From contig CBFDEM010000011.1 in the NCBI GenBank assembly GCA_965603825.1, positions 992,001 to 1,056,000 of the forward strand: a stretch of DNA of 64,000 nt, in the 5' to 3' direction. This stretch comes from Blepharisma stoltei ATCC 30299 (Eukaryota > Protista > Ciliophora). Below are positions 1-11,248 of this stretch, one piece after another; within the stretch, counting starts at the first letter, position 1, and each line of letters starts with the position of its first letter. The notes under the pieces are model-generated. The model was not told the origin of the DNA and searched no databases. It worked only from the letters and a program-made list of their open reading frames with translations. A program made the position numbers and the translations under genes.

Positions 1-424
1 TAAATATGAAGAATTACGAAAATAAGGTAGATATAATAAGATATTTTCATAAAAGTAACTAGGAAATTTAAACTTATTCAACCAATGTAATATCAATTTA
101 AAGATAATATTATGCAATAATTAGTTAGAAAAGAAAGGGAAATTATTTTTAAAGAGGACTAAATTTTGAAAATAAAACACTTTATCTATGCGCATATTTA
201 TTAATTTTAGAAAATTATTACTCAAATGATATACTGAATAGTTCTCACAAAATTAAAAGGCAGATGAAGCACCAGAATTGATTTAATTAAAAATAATGAA
301 ACTTAAATAAGCCCTTAATTCTTATAACACTCCACTAAATATATATTTCTACTACATCAAGAAAAATCTCCGATTTCCTGATTCTATTTCTCTAACTTAT
401 GGTTTAATTTGTTTCGATTAAAAA

Positions 425-2086
425 TTAATCTAACTCTTCAAGTCTCTGTGCATTTTCGATTTGTCAGTTATTTTTCATATAGCTATTTTCAGGTTCCCTT
501 CTCAGATTATCAATGTCTTGTTCTTCTATTGGCGAATTATTTTGTTTTTCATAATTATAATCGATATCTTCAAAAGCGTCTTCTTTATTTCTATCATCGT
601 TTGTGTCCATGTAATGGTCAGTCAAGTCAAAACTCATTATTCGAGATCTGCCTCCAAGGACTCTAGACTCTATTTCATTTTGAAAAGAAAGATAATTGTT
701 TGCAAAATAAATCCAGTCCTCGTTTGGAGGGTTTTCGTCTTTTGAAAAATGCTTGAGAAGGATGTTGCCTATTCTTGTTACGTGGCCCATCAATCCGATT
801 CTGTTTTCTATTCCTGATTGACTAAATTTGATGAGAATTTGTGGCAAATTACTCTTTCGAATTAGCTAAATATGCTTTACAGCGTCTTTGAGCCCTGAAT
901 GGCCGGATAGCAATATATTCTGTACAAGTTTTTCATATGAATTGTGAAGAAAGCTGTTTCAATGATATTCTGCAAATAATTCCTTAATAGAAATTACTGT
1001 AATTATCGGTATCGCTAAACTTTCAGCAATTTTATCTTTTAATTTTTCATTTGATAGCCTAACAACAGATCCCAGTATCTCAATAATCCTTAATCTTAAT
1101 TCTCCTAAAGGAATAAACTCAATTTTATTTGGAAAAGTAAAAGGCACATTTGATTGCTTTTTCAAAACCTCTGTAAAATGATCAAAATTGTTTATCATGA
1201 ATTCTATCATTGGTATCACGTCATCTTCTGCCATACTTTCTTCATCATTTTCTTTTTCCAGCAAAGCATTTATAAGTGCTTGAATTATTAAACTGACACT
1301 TCTTGATATATGAAATTCTTCATTAAGCAGTTTGCTAAATAAAAATTTCACATTTTTTTCGTTACCTCACAAATATTCAGAAGCCTCAAGTGCACATGAA
1401 ATTCCTTGCTTTTTAGTAACTAAACTGGCTAGCAAGCTACTTGAGTTAATTACAGCTTCTGGGGAATTTGTAGACGAAATATTTTCTAATATTAGGCCGA
1501 TTATTTCGTAGAGTTTTGGCTTAAAAACTGGATTTGTGTGTGTTTCGCAGGTAAGAATTCTTTCTAGAATATCAGAAATACTTTTACTGTACAGATGTCT
1601 TGCTAAGGCTTTTCCATGTCCATTAGTGTCATATAAATAGGATAGTAGAGCATAGCTATTCTTCACCAATAAACTGTGTAAAGTACGTGAAAAATACCCA
1701 GCAAGTATAGGATTATTAGGCAAATCTGCAGATAAAAATTTGAATAGACGGTCTAAAAGTGTTGTGTCAGCAAAAATGGCATTTAAAAGATCAGGACATT
1801 CACTGTTTAAAATTTCATTTGACACAAATGGATATTTGTAGCATTGGTTTTGATTATTTGTGTCAATAGGATCAAGAGTGGTATAATCAATTAGTTCTCC
1901 TAGGTGGCTTGGGACTAAAAATCCTATCAATTTTTGATTCCCTTTTTTTAGCTCTATGATGGCTTCTTCATTGGTGTCAAGAATTTCTTCAAGCTTGAGG
2001 CCTTCTTTAGTTAGCAAACTATCAATGAGTTCTGAATCCTGTAAAAATTTAAAGCTGTTTAGGAGAGATCCAAAATTCATTATCAT
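425..2086 (-). CDS. PPP6R: SIT4/PP6 phosphatase-associated (SAPS domain) regulatory subunit, ~553 aa with TGA=Trp
   Basis: ORFs 1367-2086, 959-1351 and 464-847 share one frame and are joined by TGA at 1367, 959 and 464; TAA at 425. Motifs YKYPFVSNEIL, LAGYFSR, PLGELRLRIIE, EYH(W)NSFLH (family YxWNNFLH), RIGLMGHVTRI. Start could be ATG 2080. Confidence 0.9.
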
Positions 2087-2311
2087 CCGCTCTCTTTATT
2101 ATGATAATTTCATAATAGTAGGGACAATTTTGAAATACCCACAAAAATTTTAAAAGGTTGTCGATTTTTCCCATATATTTGATAACTAAAGCTAGATCTA
2201 TCAGAAAAATAGTTATTAAAAAGATATTTTTCATATCTAGAAGTAATCAGAATAATTTATTAGTATTCTTAGCTCATAAAGACTATAAGTCAATATTTTA
2301 ATTATTTCTGC

Positions 2312-3043
2312 TTACTTTATCGATTCATACTCAATTTGTTTTGTGGGCTTGCATTCTACAGTAATTTGTGTGTTTGTTACGTTCGAAAGTGCAAATGGGA
2401 AAAAAACTGCCAAAGTGACTACGAATCATTCACATAATGCTTCCACTACTTCGTTAATAAAAAAATTCGAGTATATTGAATAAGCAAGAAACCATTCAGT
2501 CCCAGTAACAGCAAACATTATATTTGCAAGTCTATATAGATTATTGCATCTTCCCAGCCACTCCTTTTCTGAATATTCTAGAGGCACGTTTTCAAGCCCA
2601 GTTAGAGCTATATAAAGAAATAAATTAAAACATCCATATAGGAAAAGAGTTAGCCATGGATGCATCCGGTCAAGTGGCAAAATATAAAGCCCGTTTACTT
2701 CGTCAATAAGTCCGATCAGTATTAAAGTTGTGCAGCCCATAAATCCAGCCAAAATCATGATGATTAATGAACACTTTTTGACATATTCAGCCAATTTCAC
2801 AGATAAAGACACAACAATCAATGGCAAAACACCTCCATAAAAAGCCAAAGAAAAATTCAGTCATCTATCATGATCTCTATAGCACCCAAGATATGAAAAT
2901 GTAGGTAAAAATTTCAAACAGCTAATGCTAAATGTGCAAGCCATAAAAACGTTCCCAAACATAAAAGCAGACATAAGCGAGCCAATGAGAAGCCAAAACG
3001 ATGTTTCACTGAAATGGATGAACTCTTTATGGCTTGACGACAT
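2312..3043 (-). CDS. Frag1/DRAM/Sfk1 (PGAP2-like) multi-pass membrane protein, ~243 aa
   Basis: ORFs 2861-3043 and 2426-2848 are in frame via TGA 2861 and TGA 2426; TAA at 2312. Hydrophobic segments, LPTFSYLG (family LPxISxxG), a conserved His and C-terminal EALCE(W). Confidence 0.7.
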
Positions 3044-3174
3044 TAATAAAAACTATTGCTTGTTTATTTCATAAAATGGATTTGCTGTCTGAACTAATAA
3101 GAGAAAAGCCAATTAGTAATTTTTTGAAAAAATTTCCAGAAAAAGAATGACTAGGCGTAATAAAGAAGACGCTG

Positions 3175-3825
3175 ATGTACGGAATTCAGACATTTGAAAT
3201 TATTAATAATGCTGGGATTGTAAGCTTTATTACTAGTCATAAAGAAAGGGAAAAATTGGCGGATATCGAAAATTTGAACATTCATGAAAGGAAAATTTCT
3301 CAACCTGAGGTAGGAATTGGAGAAAACCAGCCAGAAGATGCCAAAATTAAGAAGCAAATAAGCAAGCTGCGTGTAAATAAGCCAGCTTCTACACCAAGAG
3401 CGCAAAAAATGACACCCAAGGCACAGAATGTGACAAGTCCGTTAAGGAAAATGACCTTTGACCCTCCACTGACATCAAGAAATAACGCACGAATAAAAAC
3501 AAGCAGAAATAGCTCAGAGTCCAAGGCAAAGGCAATTAAAAAAAGCTCAAACGGTAAAAAATCAAGCCCAAGTAAAGAAAAATTGAATTTGAAAACATCT
3601 AATATTCTGATTGATAGCACAGAGCAATTAGATCTTTCAATGAAAAATAATGATAAATCTACAAGCTCAAGCAGCACTATGAATTTCAGCCAAATTTTGA
3701 GAAACGAGTTTGCGAATGGATTGCAAGAAAATGTTAGGAAAAAACTGATAAATATTGAGCTGAATTTGGATAAAGTTTCGCAAAGTGCTCTGAATTACAC
3801 AACTAGCCCGAGCGATGACGATTAA
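3175..3825 (+). CDS. Hypothetical basic, Ser/Lys-rich low-complexity protein, 216 aa
   Basis: Open ATG..TAA frame with typical composition; no recognisable domain. Confidence 0.65.
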   Translation: MYGIQTFEIINNAGIVSFITSHKEREKLADIENLNIHERKISQPEVGIGENQPEDAKIKKQISKLRVNKPASTPRAQKMTPKAQNVTSPLRKMTFDPPLTSRNNARIKTSRNSSESKAKAIKKSSNGKKSSPSKEKLNLKTSNILIDSTEQLDLSMKNNDKSTSSSSTMNFSQILRNEFANGLQENVRKKLINIELNLDKVSQSALNYTTSPSDDD

Positions 3826-4250
3826 ATTTTATAACGGTATCAGACTCAATAATAAGATAATAAAAGCTAAGATATTTTATAAAAAGTTTCAGTAAATTGT
3901 TTTAAATGTGAAATCTAAGACTTTTATGCTCCAAAAGACTCCTTGGCTAAATTAAAGGCTCTGAAATCCTCTATTTTATAGATTAAAGAAAAATATTATA
4001 GCTGATTGTTGCATAACTCTATTATAATAATAATTCAATATTAATCATTAATTATAATGTCAATTTAATGAGTAACTTTTATGAGAAATCCATTTTCAAA
4101 CAATAACAGTGATATTTAAAATATAAGAAATTAACATAATTTTTACTCAATATCTAACCAATTTTCTTAGCTTTCTTATTAATAATAACCCCCTATAGTT
4201 TTGCTCACTCCAATAATCTAAAAAGCCACTAATTTCCATATTAATTACAG

Positions 4251-5069
4251 ATGACTTCCAATCATAATTTTTTCGGAAAACACATCCACTCCAAAAGTTC
4301 AACTGACTCAATAAACACCCAAATATCAAGCTTGAATATAAAAACAACTGGCAATACTCTACATAATTTTGATTCCAATAAAATAAAGAGCTCATTTAAA
4401 AGCGACTTAGGAGAAGAATTTCACTCAGAGGCTAACAATCTAAGCATGGATATCAGCTATGATCCCTTTGAATTCCCTCTGAAAAGTATTTTTCCAGCCA
4501 CTTGTCATTTCTCCAAAACAAAAAGAAAGCACAGACGATACCTTTCAACGCCCATGAATTTCGTCCCTTCAAACTTTTTATTCAGTTACACCAAAAGACG
4601 AACAAATTCAAAAGATCGGGAACCCTCAGAGAGATCAATATCCCCAATTGTGAGTGACTTAAAAAATTTTGCATTTTGCGCAACAGATGATGGATCTACG
4701 CTAAATTCAAAAAGACAAAACGCAAATGAGGATGATAAATCAAGCGAAACCTTTAACGTCGAGCCCACGTTTAAAGTTCCTTTTAAAACAGTGCTGCATA
4801 AAGGAATTATACAGAAACGCATGGAGAGAGAAAAAAATAATCCTATTTTGCCAGTATTAGGGAGCAATCCTTGCACTGCATATTGCGAATTTTGCAAAAT
4901 GGATGTACATACAACTGTCATTCTGAGAAACAGCTCTGTGATTGTGGCATCGTTTATGGAGCTTGTCCATAATTTATTTGGGTGTTGCAGCAACTCGATT
5001 TGGCTTAATAGGATGAGATATCACAGATGCAGTAATTGTGGAACAGTTTTGGGGAGGAGTTGCATTTAA
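4251..5069 (+). CDS. LITAF-like zinc-ribbon domain protein, 272 aa
   Basis: C-terminal P-x3-YCEFC...hydrophobic stretch...HRCSNCGTVLG is the LITAF CxxC/HxCxxC signature. Confidence 0.75.
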   Translation: MTSNHNFFGKHIHSKSSTDSINTQISSLNIKTTGNTLHNFDSNKIKSSFKSDLGEEFHSEANNLSMDISYDPFEFPLKSIFPATCHFSKTKRKHRRYLSTPMNFVPSNFLFSYTKRRTNSKDREPSERSISPIVSDLKNFAFCATDDGSTLNSKRQNANEDDKSSETFNVEPTFKVPFKTVLHKGIIQKRMEREKNNPILPVLGSNPCTAYCEFCKMDVHTTVILRNSSVIVASFMELVHNLFGCCSNSIWLNRMRYHRCSNCGTVLGRSCI

Positions 5070-5111
5070 TTTCTATAGTTAATTTATAATGATTTTATAT
5101 AAAACTACACC

Positions 5112-6401
5112 TTAATTATTACTCTCTTCTGTGCTTTCTCGTTTTTCTCTCTTTTTTATCATATAATTTTTGAACCCTTTCTTGATAATATTTGCTTTTT
5201 CTATCAAAATTTTCAGCTGCTGATAAGCAACAAAGGCTTTATACCCTCTCCACGCGCTCTGGATTTTTACACAGGCTAAATCTTTCCCTAAAGGTGTTTT
5301 GTACTTTATATTAGGATTCTGGATAAACGGGACTACACTTTTGGCGTTTATGATACAGCTGATAATTTCATGCTCTTTTAGTGTCCTTAATTCATCTTTA
5401 GCCAAATCAGCTAGTTTTTTTCCATCTAAATACACAATCCCAGCACCATATTTTCCAAAAATTTCTTCTGCCATCTGTAAGGCTTCTGCTATGTTGCTCC
5501 AGACTTCTGAATAAATTCTTTTAAATGACAAAAATTCAGGAGTAACAAGGATTTTGCCTTTTCTTATCGTAATTTGATGCTGTGAATAGGTGTCTACTAT
5601 TTCTTCGTAATTTTTTATGGCTGGTTTTTCTTGCTGAGCGATTTCTTGAATTTCTCCTGGACTTTCAAGGGTAAATAGAGGTCTTGACTGGTCATTGATT
5701 TTGGGCTCATATATGGCAAGCTGCATGTTTGAGCTAGAAATTGTTGGGGCTGGTGGAGCTTTATCTCTTCAGTCATGAATAGCTGCAGTTTGCATTTTAA
5801 GGGGAGGGACTCCTCGCTCAAAAGCAGGAGATAAATCGACGTCTTTTGGTATTAGCCCTCGGGTGATTAAGTTCATCATACCATCTTCTACATCTTGCTC
5901 AGTAATAGGAGGAGGGTCACTTTGAGGGTCTTCTCTGTATTGTCTTGGCAATACTTTTGCTTTATAATATTTAGCAACTTTTGGCTTCGAGTATTTTTTG
6001 GTTCCAAGTGCTCTGAAGTTACTTTTTGTAGGCTCTGGAAGGTTATAACGATTATTGAGCCAAGTTCTCCCATACGAATTTTGTGGGTTGATAATTGAGC
6101 TTCTCGTTCTTTGCTCAGAAAGCACTGAGCGAATAGGTCTTCTGTAATCTTGATTTGACGTTAAATTTGCTTGCGAATTTGTAGTCTTAGCAAGAACTGG
6201 AAGCTTGATAACAGCAGAGTTTTCATTTGGTTTTAAAGATTGATGCATAGAGGTAAGCTGTTGTTGAAGTTTGAAAAAATCTGAAGGAAGCAAATGAGAC
6301 GGAAGTTGCGTTTGAACTTTGGAGAGGGAGTAATTTATATTTTTAAACTCACCCTCTAGACCTTTGAGTAAAGAATTAAAAGGCTCTTGTGTTTTTCTCA
6401 T
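5112..6401 (-). CDS. IQ-motif protein resembling the N-terminal half of IQCH, ~429 aa
   Basis: ORFs 5769-6401 and 5112-5726 are in frame via TGA 5769. GMMNLITRGLIPKDVDLSPAF and TPEFLSFKR segments, IQ motif KIQSAWRGY; TAA at 5112. Confidence 0.7.
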
Positions 6402-6544
6402 TTTTATTATCAGTTATGTAGCTATGTGCGCAATTATTAGTTTAATTGGATTTATTATTGGAATTAGTATTTTGAAAATACTGTGGAAGATATAAAGCTT
6501 AAGAGCTTAAGGATAAATTAATTAGGCTATAATTGGAACAACAG

Positions 6545-7183
6545 TTAAAGGGCTTCTGGATCAGTGCTTGTCAAAAAGAATCCGTTTCCAGAAGAATCTT
6601 GGTCAATTTGTTCAACTACCTTTATGCTTAATGGGGCAGCTTCGACATTTGGCGAACTTTTAGCTTTTGTTGTAGGCTTGCTAGTCCGAGAAATCTCAGG
6701 GAGTTTTGGAAGTTTGATTCTCCTCCTTAATTCACTATATTTAAGGTGATTTTTGAAGTCTTTTTCATATTGTTCAAAGCATAGCACACTGTGTGTATTA
6801 GACAATCTTTGAGCAAACGAAAAATTATCAGTTTTTATTCGATTTTCTCTTTCAATTCTCATACCAGCATTTCCAACATTAATTGGACTGCTTGGCTCAG
6901 TAATTCTAAGCCTTGGAGGCGATTTTATAATAAATTTCAATTTTTTCAGGATTTTTGCATTTTCTTGCTGTACACGCTCCACAAATTCTTAATGAAAATT
7001 ACCTTTCTCTTCTAGCAGCCTATTTGTTTTAAAATGCTCATAGTAAGGGAAATACTTTGGCTTTTCTCCTCCTATACTTGAGTGGGAGGATTTTATAAAT
7101 GATATTTGCTTGTGGTGGTTTTCTTGGGCATTTTTCCATTTCAATAAATCATTCAAGCTTAAATAGTTTAGATCCTTCTTCAT
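6545..7183 (-). CDS. CFAP97/Hemingway (KIAA1430-like) domain protein, ~207 aa, one 15-nt intron
   Basis: ATG 7183 (MKKDLNY). Removing intron 6988-7002 joins ORF 6989-7240 to 6545-6982 as LLEEKE-FVERVQQENAKILKKL, followed by a second RIKTDNxxFAQRL repeat typical of the family. Confidence 0.75.
6988..7002 (-). other. 15-nt spliceosomal intron GTAATTTTCATTAAG
   Basis: GT..AG, A at position 10, removes in-frame TAA. Same position and phase as the intron in the paralog at 41837. Confidence 0.9.
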
Positions 7184-7461
7184 AAGTGTATATGGTATAT
7201 AAATGGAAGCTAAAAATTTGAATGTGTTAAGTGTAAACACTGATATTAGATTTTTATATATTTTTGATTAAAAATTATAATTAAATGCTTTGAACTTATT
7301 ATTTTTAAATTTTTTATTATTGTTTTTGGATTCATAGCAAATATTATCAAATTAAAATAATAAAGCTTGAAATTAAGGTATTTATTATATCTTTATTATA
7401 TATTGAATATTAATCTACATGAGATAACGCATAACTCTCTCCCTGATTAAAATGGATATAT

Positions 7462-9186
7462 ATGTTTATAAATCACGCATATACAAGCAGCTGATTTAAA
7501 ACTAAAAAATCAGTACAAAGAGCATTAATAGCAGTCATCTCAGTTTCAGCAATTTTTATATTCCTCGTGTACAGCTATTCTTCAGACCCAGTCGCTCTTC
7601 CTTCAACTACATCTCTATATCGCCCTCCTATGCCTTATAACCCTCCCCAATATCAACCTGAATCTACTCCAAAGCAAACCCCTCCTATAAATTCATTCCG
7701 AAACCCTTCTAAAATCGAAGATAGAGTTGAAGATGAAGAAATTGATCAGCCAGCTATAAAATCATTGGCAGCTGTATATGAAGATGCACCAGTATATCCT
7801 TGGGAGCTATCTATTCCATGGGACGATTATTTAGCATCAGGAAACTTCACAGGAACTTTTGAAAATTTCAACAAAAATTCAAGCTACTGCAAATCAGTAG
7901 AAGAGTTTCGTAAAAAAAATAAGCCATTTTTAGATGCAAGAGGAGTCCCTATGAAGTCCTCAAGAGTCGCTTTTTCTGACTTCTGGGCGAACTCATTTGT
8001 GAAGAAAGTGATGAAAAATATTACAACTTGCGTTCACTTGGAGCATTATAGCCATGTAAAAGAAACGCCGAAAAAGGATAATTTTAGGGCTGATATTGAC
8101 TTATTTTTACTTGTAGACCCGCTGTGGCATAGACAAATGAAAATAGGAAGCCAGTTTTTCTGTCCTCAGCAGATGTATAATCATATACCTGGAAATATTA
8201 ATATGAATTTTAAAGATACTGCAGCTTTGACCTTCAGAGAATACGGAAATTTATATAAAGGCAGAGAAAAATGTTTTAATCCATGGGAAATCATGCCATA
8301 CACCCTTGTTTTAAATGATAAAGACCAATGTGATGAGTTTTTATATAGCCTGAAAAACGATAAAAACCCAAAAGAAATAAAATGGATTCACAAAAAGTCC
8401 AGATTTTCCCACAATGGAAAAGGGCTTACAGTTATTGACAGTAATGGATCAAAAAAGATGATAAATAAATACACAACCCAAGGCTGCCCTGACAAAGAGT
8501 CTTATCTTGCCCAAAAATACATCAAAAACCCCTTTTTGCTTAAAGGAAAAAAATTTGATTTCCGAGCTTATATGTTCATTGCTAGTCTAGACCCTTTGAT
8601 TATTCTTTATCATGACGGGTTTTTACGTATTTCTCCTGTAAGATACGACGCTGACACTACAGACCCAGAAGCCTATTTAACAAATACCCACATTTCAGAG
8701 GACTTTTTAAAGTCAAAAAACATCACCCGTGATGAATACCAATCAATGATGGAAGACCAAGGGTGGAGCTATCAAAGATTTGAGGAATTTATGATATCGG
8801 AAGGATATGTGCAGCCTGGCTGGATGGACTCCTATGTGAGGACTCATATTAAAAAAGTTATGTTTCATGTGGTAAGGATGAACTTGCATAAATTTGTAAG
8901 GCATCCTCATGCTTGGGAAGTGTGTGGGCTTGATTTTCTGCTAGATGAGGATATGAAATTGTGGTATTTGGAGCTGAATTTGTCGCCTTCAATTGCTGAT
9001 ACGAGCGATGATAAAGAGAAGGTGAATTTGAAATTTTTAGTGGATCAGGTGGATTTGTCGTATGCTTTGATGTATAGAGGAAAATTTGATGAAATTTTGG
9101 AAAAAACGAATTTCCAGTGGATTTTTGATGGTAGAAAACAGGGGCTAGAAAGATATCATGACGTAATAGCGGAAGAATGCGTTTAG
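7462..9186 (+). CDS. Tubulin-tyrosine-ligase-like (TTLL, ATP-grasp) protein with N-terminal signal-anchor, ~574 aa
   Basis: In-frame ATG 7462, TGA 7492, hydrophobic ALIAVISVSAIFIFLVY. TTL motifs AQKYIKNPFLLKGKKFDFRAY, YLTN and GLDFLLDEDMKLWYLELNLSPS; TAG stop. Confidence 0.85.
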
Positions 9187-9539
9187 GATTTAAATTAGGA
9201 AATTAGAATATTTATTTAACTAAGATTGGCAATAAGTTAATTAGCTCCATTTAACTATAGTTCTCTCATATAGAGCTTATGCTATTAATTGTTTTTTATT
9301 TTTTATATATTAGTTGAATTATTTCACATAAGAAATACTTGTTTATCTTAAAGCAAATACCTTGAAAGCATCTATTTTTTTAATTCATTAATGGCTTAGT
9401 AAAATAATATTGAGAATGTTTTCAGCAATAGCCTTTTAATAGAAACATTCTTATTTAAATTCTCTTAATTAAAATAAGCTAAACTGCTTTGATTTGAGTG
9501 CAAACTGTTTGTAATTTTAAATGAATTTTGGTGCAAAAT

Positions 9540-10298
9540 ATGGAAATTAGACAAAGAAGTTTAGTTCAGAGACTTGACCTCTATTTTTGGCCTTACACTG
9601 CAAATAATTATATAAAATATACGATATACTTCACTCCCAAATGCTGACTCTTCTTCAGGTTTCTTGGAGCAGCTTTTTGCATTATGACTTTTGCATTGTC
9701 AATTGTAGAGACACCTACTTTTGATTTTCTTGTAATTTTAGCTGACTGAGGCTGTGTTATAACCTCACTATACTTTTCCATGACTTTATATAACTACAAA
9801 TACTCTAATTGCTGAAAAATCACACACTTTTTATATGAACTGAGCTGATGCATTGATTGGACGGTTGTTCTTTTATTTTGGGGAATTATCTATCCTACCC
9901 AAACCTGGGGGCAAAGCATTCAAGTTACTGTTTTAGCAAATGGAGGGGTGTTTATATTTATCCTAATTGATTCGATTAATAACCAAATTTGGTTTTTCCG
10001 AAAGCATGTTTATCTGATAGTAATTATTGGCTTTTTATATACACTACTGCATTTGATTTATACTTTAGCTGTTAGGAAAGTATATGATATAGTAAATTAT
10101 AAGAATGCTTATACTTATCTCATAATTTTAGGAACTTATCTGATGCTAATCATCATCTTTATTCTAGGAGCGTTTTTAGACAAGTTTAAATCAAAATTCG
10201 GATCCTCAGATCTTATTCCTGCCACATCCAGCTTTGCAAGCTCAATTGCTGACGACCGCAGAGAAATTTCTTTAATGAATCAAAAAAATAAGCGGTAA
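9540..10298 (+). CDS. FAR-17a/AIG1/rolling-stone-like multi-pass membrane protein, ~252 aa
   Basis: ATG 9540 is in frame with ORF 9948-10298 through TGA 9645, 9747, 9813 and 9846. About six hydrophobic segments, LAD(W)G, FIWG and VYDIVNY resemble the family pattern. Confidence 0.7.
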
Positions 10299-10300
10299 AA

Positions 10301-11179
10301 TTAATTATTATGATAATAATGCTGCCACCGTTGTTCTTCAATAGAAAACCCAGTCTCAGAAACCTCCTCTTCTTCTTTTACATTGATATTTATTTTGGTT
10401 TGAATTCTATTTCACTCGAAGTTCAGCTCCTTAAGTGGGCTAGCTTTTCTATCAAATTTATCTGAATGGTAAAGGACTGCTAGGTTACTGTTATGTCTTG
10501 AAATTTCACTTTTGGTTTTTATCGCGTTTTCCTTTTCTTGCTCATGTGCTTGTAGCAATTCTTTTAATTTTATTTTGTGCTCTTCTACATATCTGATTGA
10601 TGGCCGCATTTTATATTCCAGTTCTTGCTCCTCTATTTTCCTTTTCTTTTCCAGCTCTTCCTTTTTACAATTATATTTTTCTTTTAATTCCTTTTGTGCT
10701 GCTTTTAAAGATTGTGCTATTAATTCTTGAGCTCTTTTGACGTCTTCTATTTCTCTTGTTAATTTAGAATAATTATCCAGGGTTGTAGAATAGTAGCAAT
10801 CGAAATTATTTTTTAAATCTTTGACTATCGTATCAGCTTGGTCAATGTCCATATATTCATGTAAACTGTGCTGCATAATGCATTTAGGACAAAGAAGTTT
10901 GCGACAGGGAACACAATAAAACTCAAGAGGACGGCTGTGAGTAAAACAAGTATAATTTGGCTTTGCATTTTGAAGAAACTGCAAGACTAGAGCTGATGCT
11001 GGGATTTGACTGATTTCGCGTGTTTCTGTAATTGAGTCAGATGGGCATGTAAAGTGCCCAGAAGAAGACAAGCATGCTTTGCAGCATGTATGCCCACAGA
11101 TTAGTGATAAAGGGACCATTGTGTCTGTATTAAACCGCCCTCCACAGTTTTGGCAGCATAAAAGGGAAATCAAATCCAT
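10301..11179 (-). CDS. RING finger + B-box + coiled-coil (TRIM/RBCC-like) protein, ~292 aa
   Basis: CQNC..CGHTCCKAC..CPSD RING, CFTH..YCVPC..LCPKC..H..H B-box, then coiled coil. TGA 10412 read through to TAA 10301. Confidence 0.8.
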
Positions 11180-11248
11180 ATTTATAGCTTAGCTTTTAAT
11201 GTCACTTATTTCAAAATTAAAGAATTTAATTAAGCTGTGGTTCCTAAA

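Noticed and set aside
5105-5122. Possible 18-nt intron GTAATAATTAAGGTGTAG covering the IQCH-like stop
   Set aside because: Splicing would add only about 8 codons before another TAA; there is no supporting evidence.
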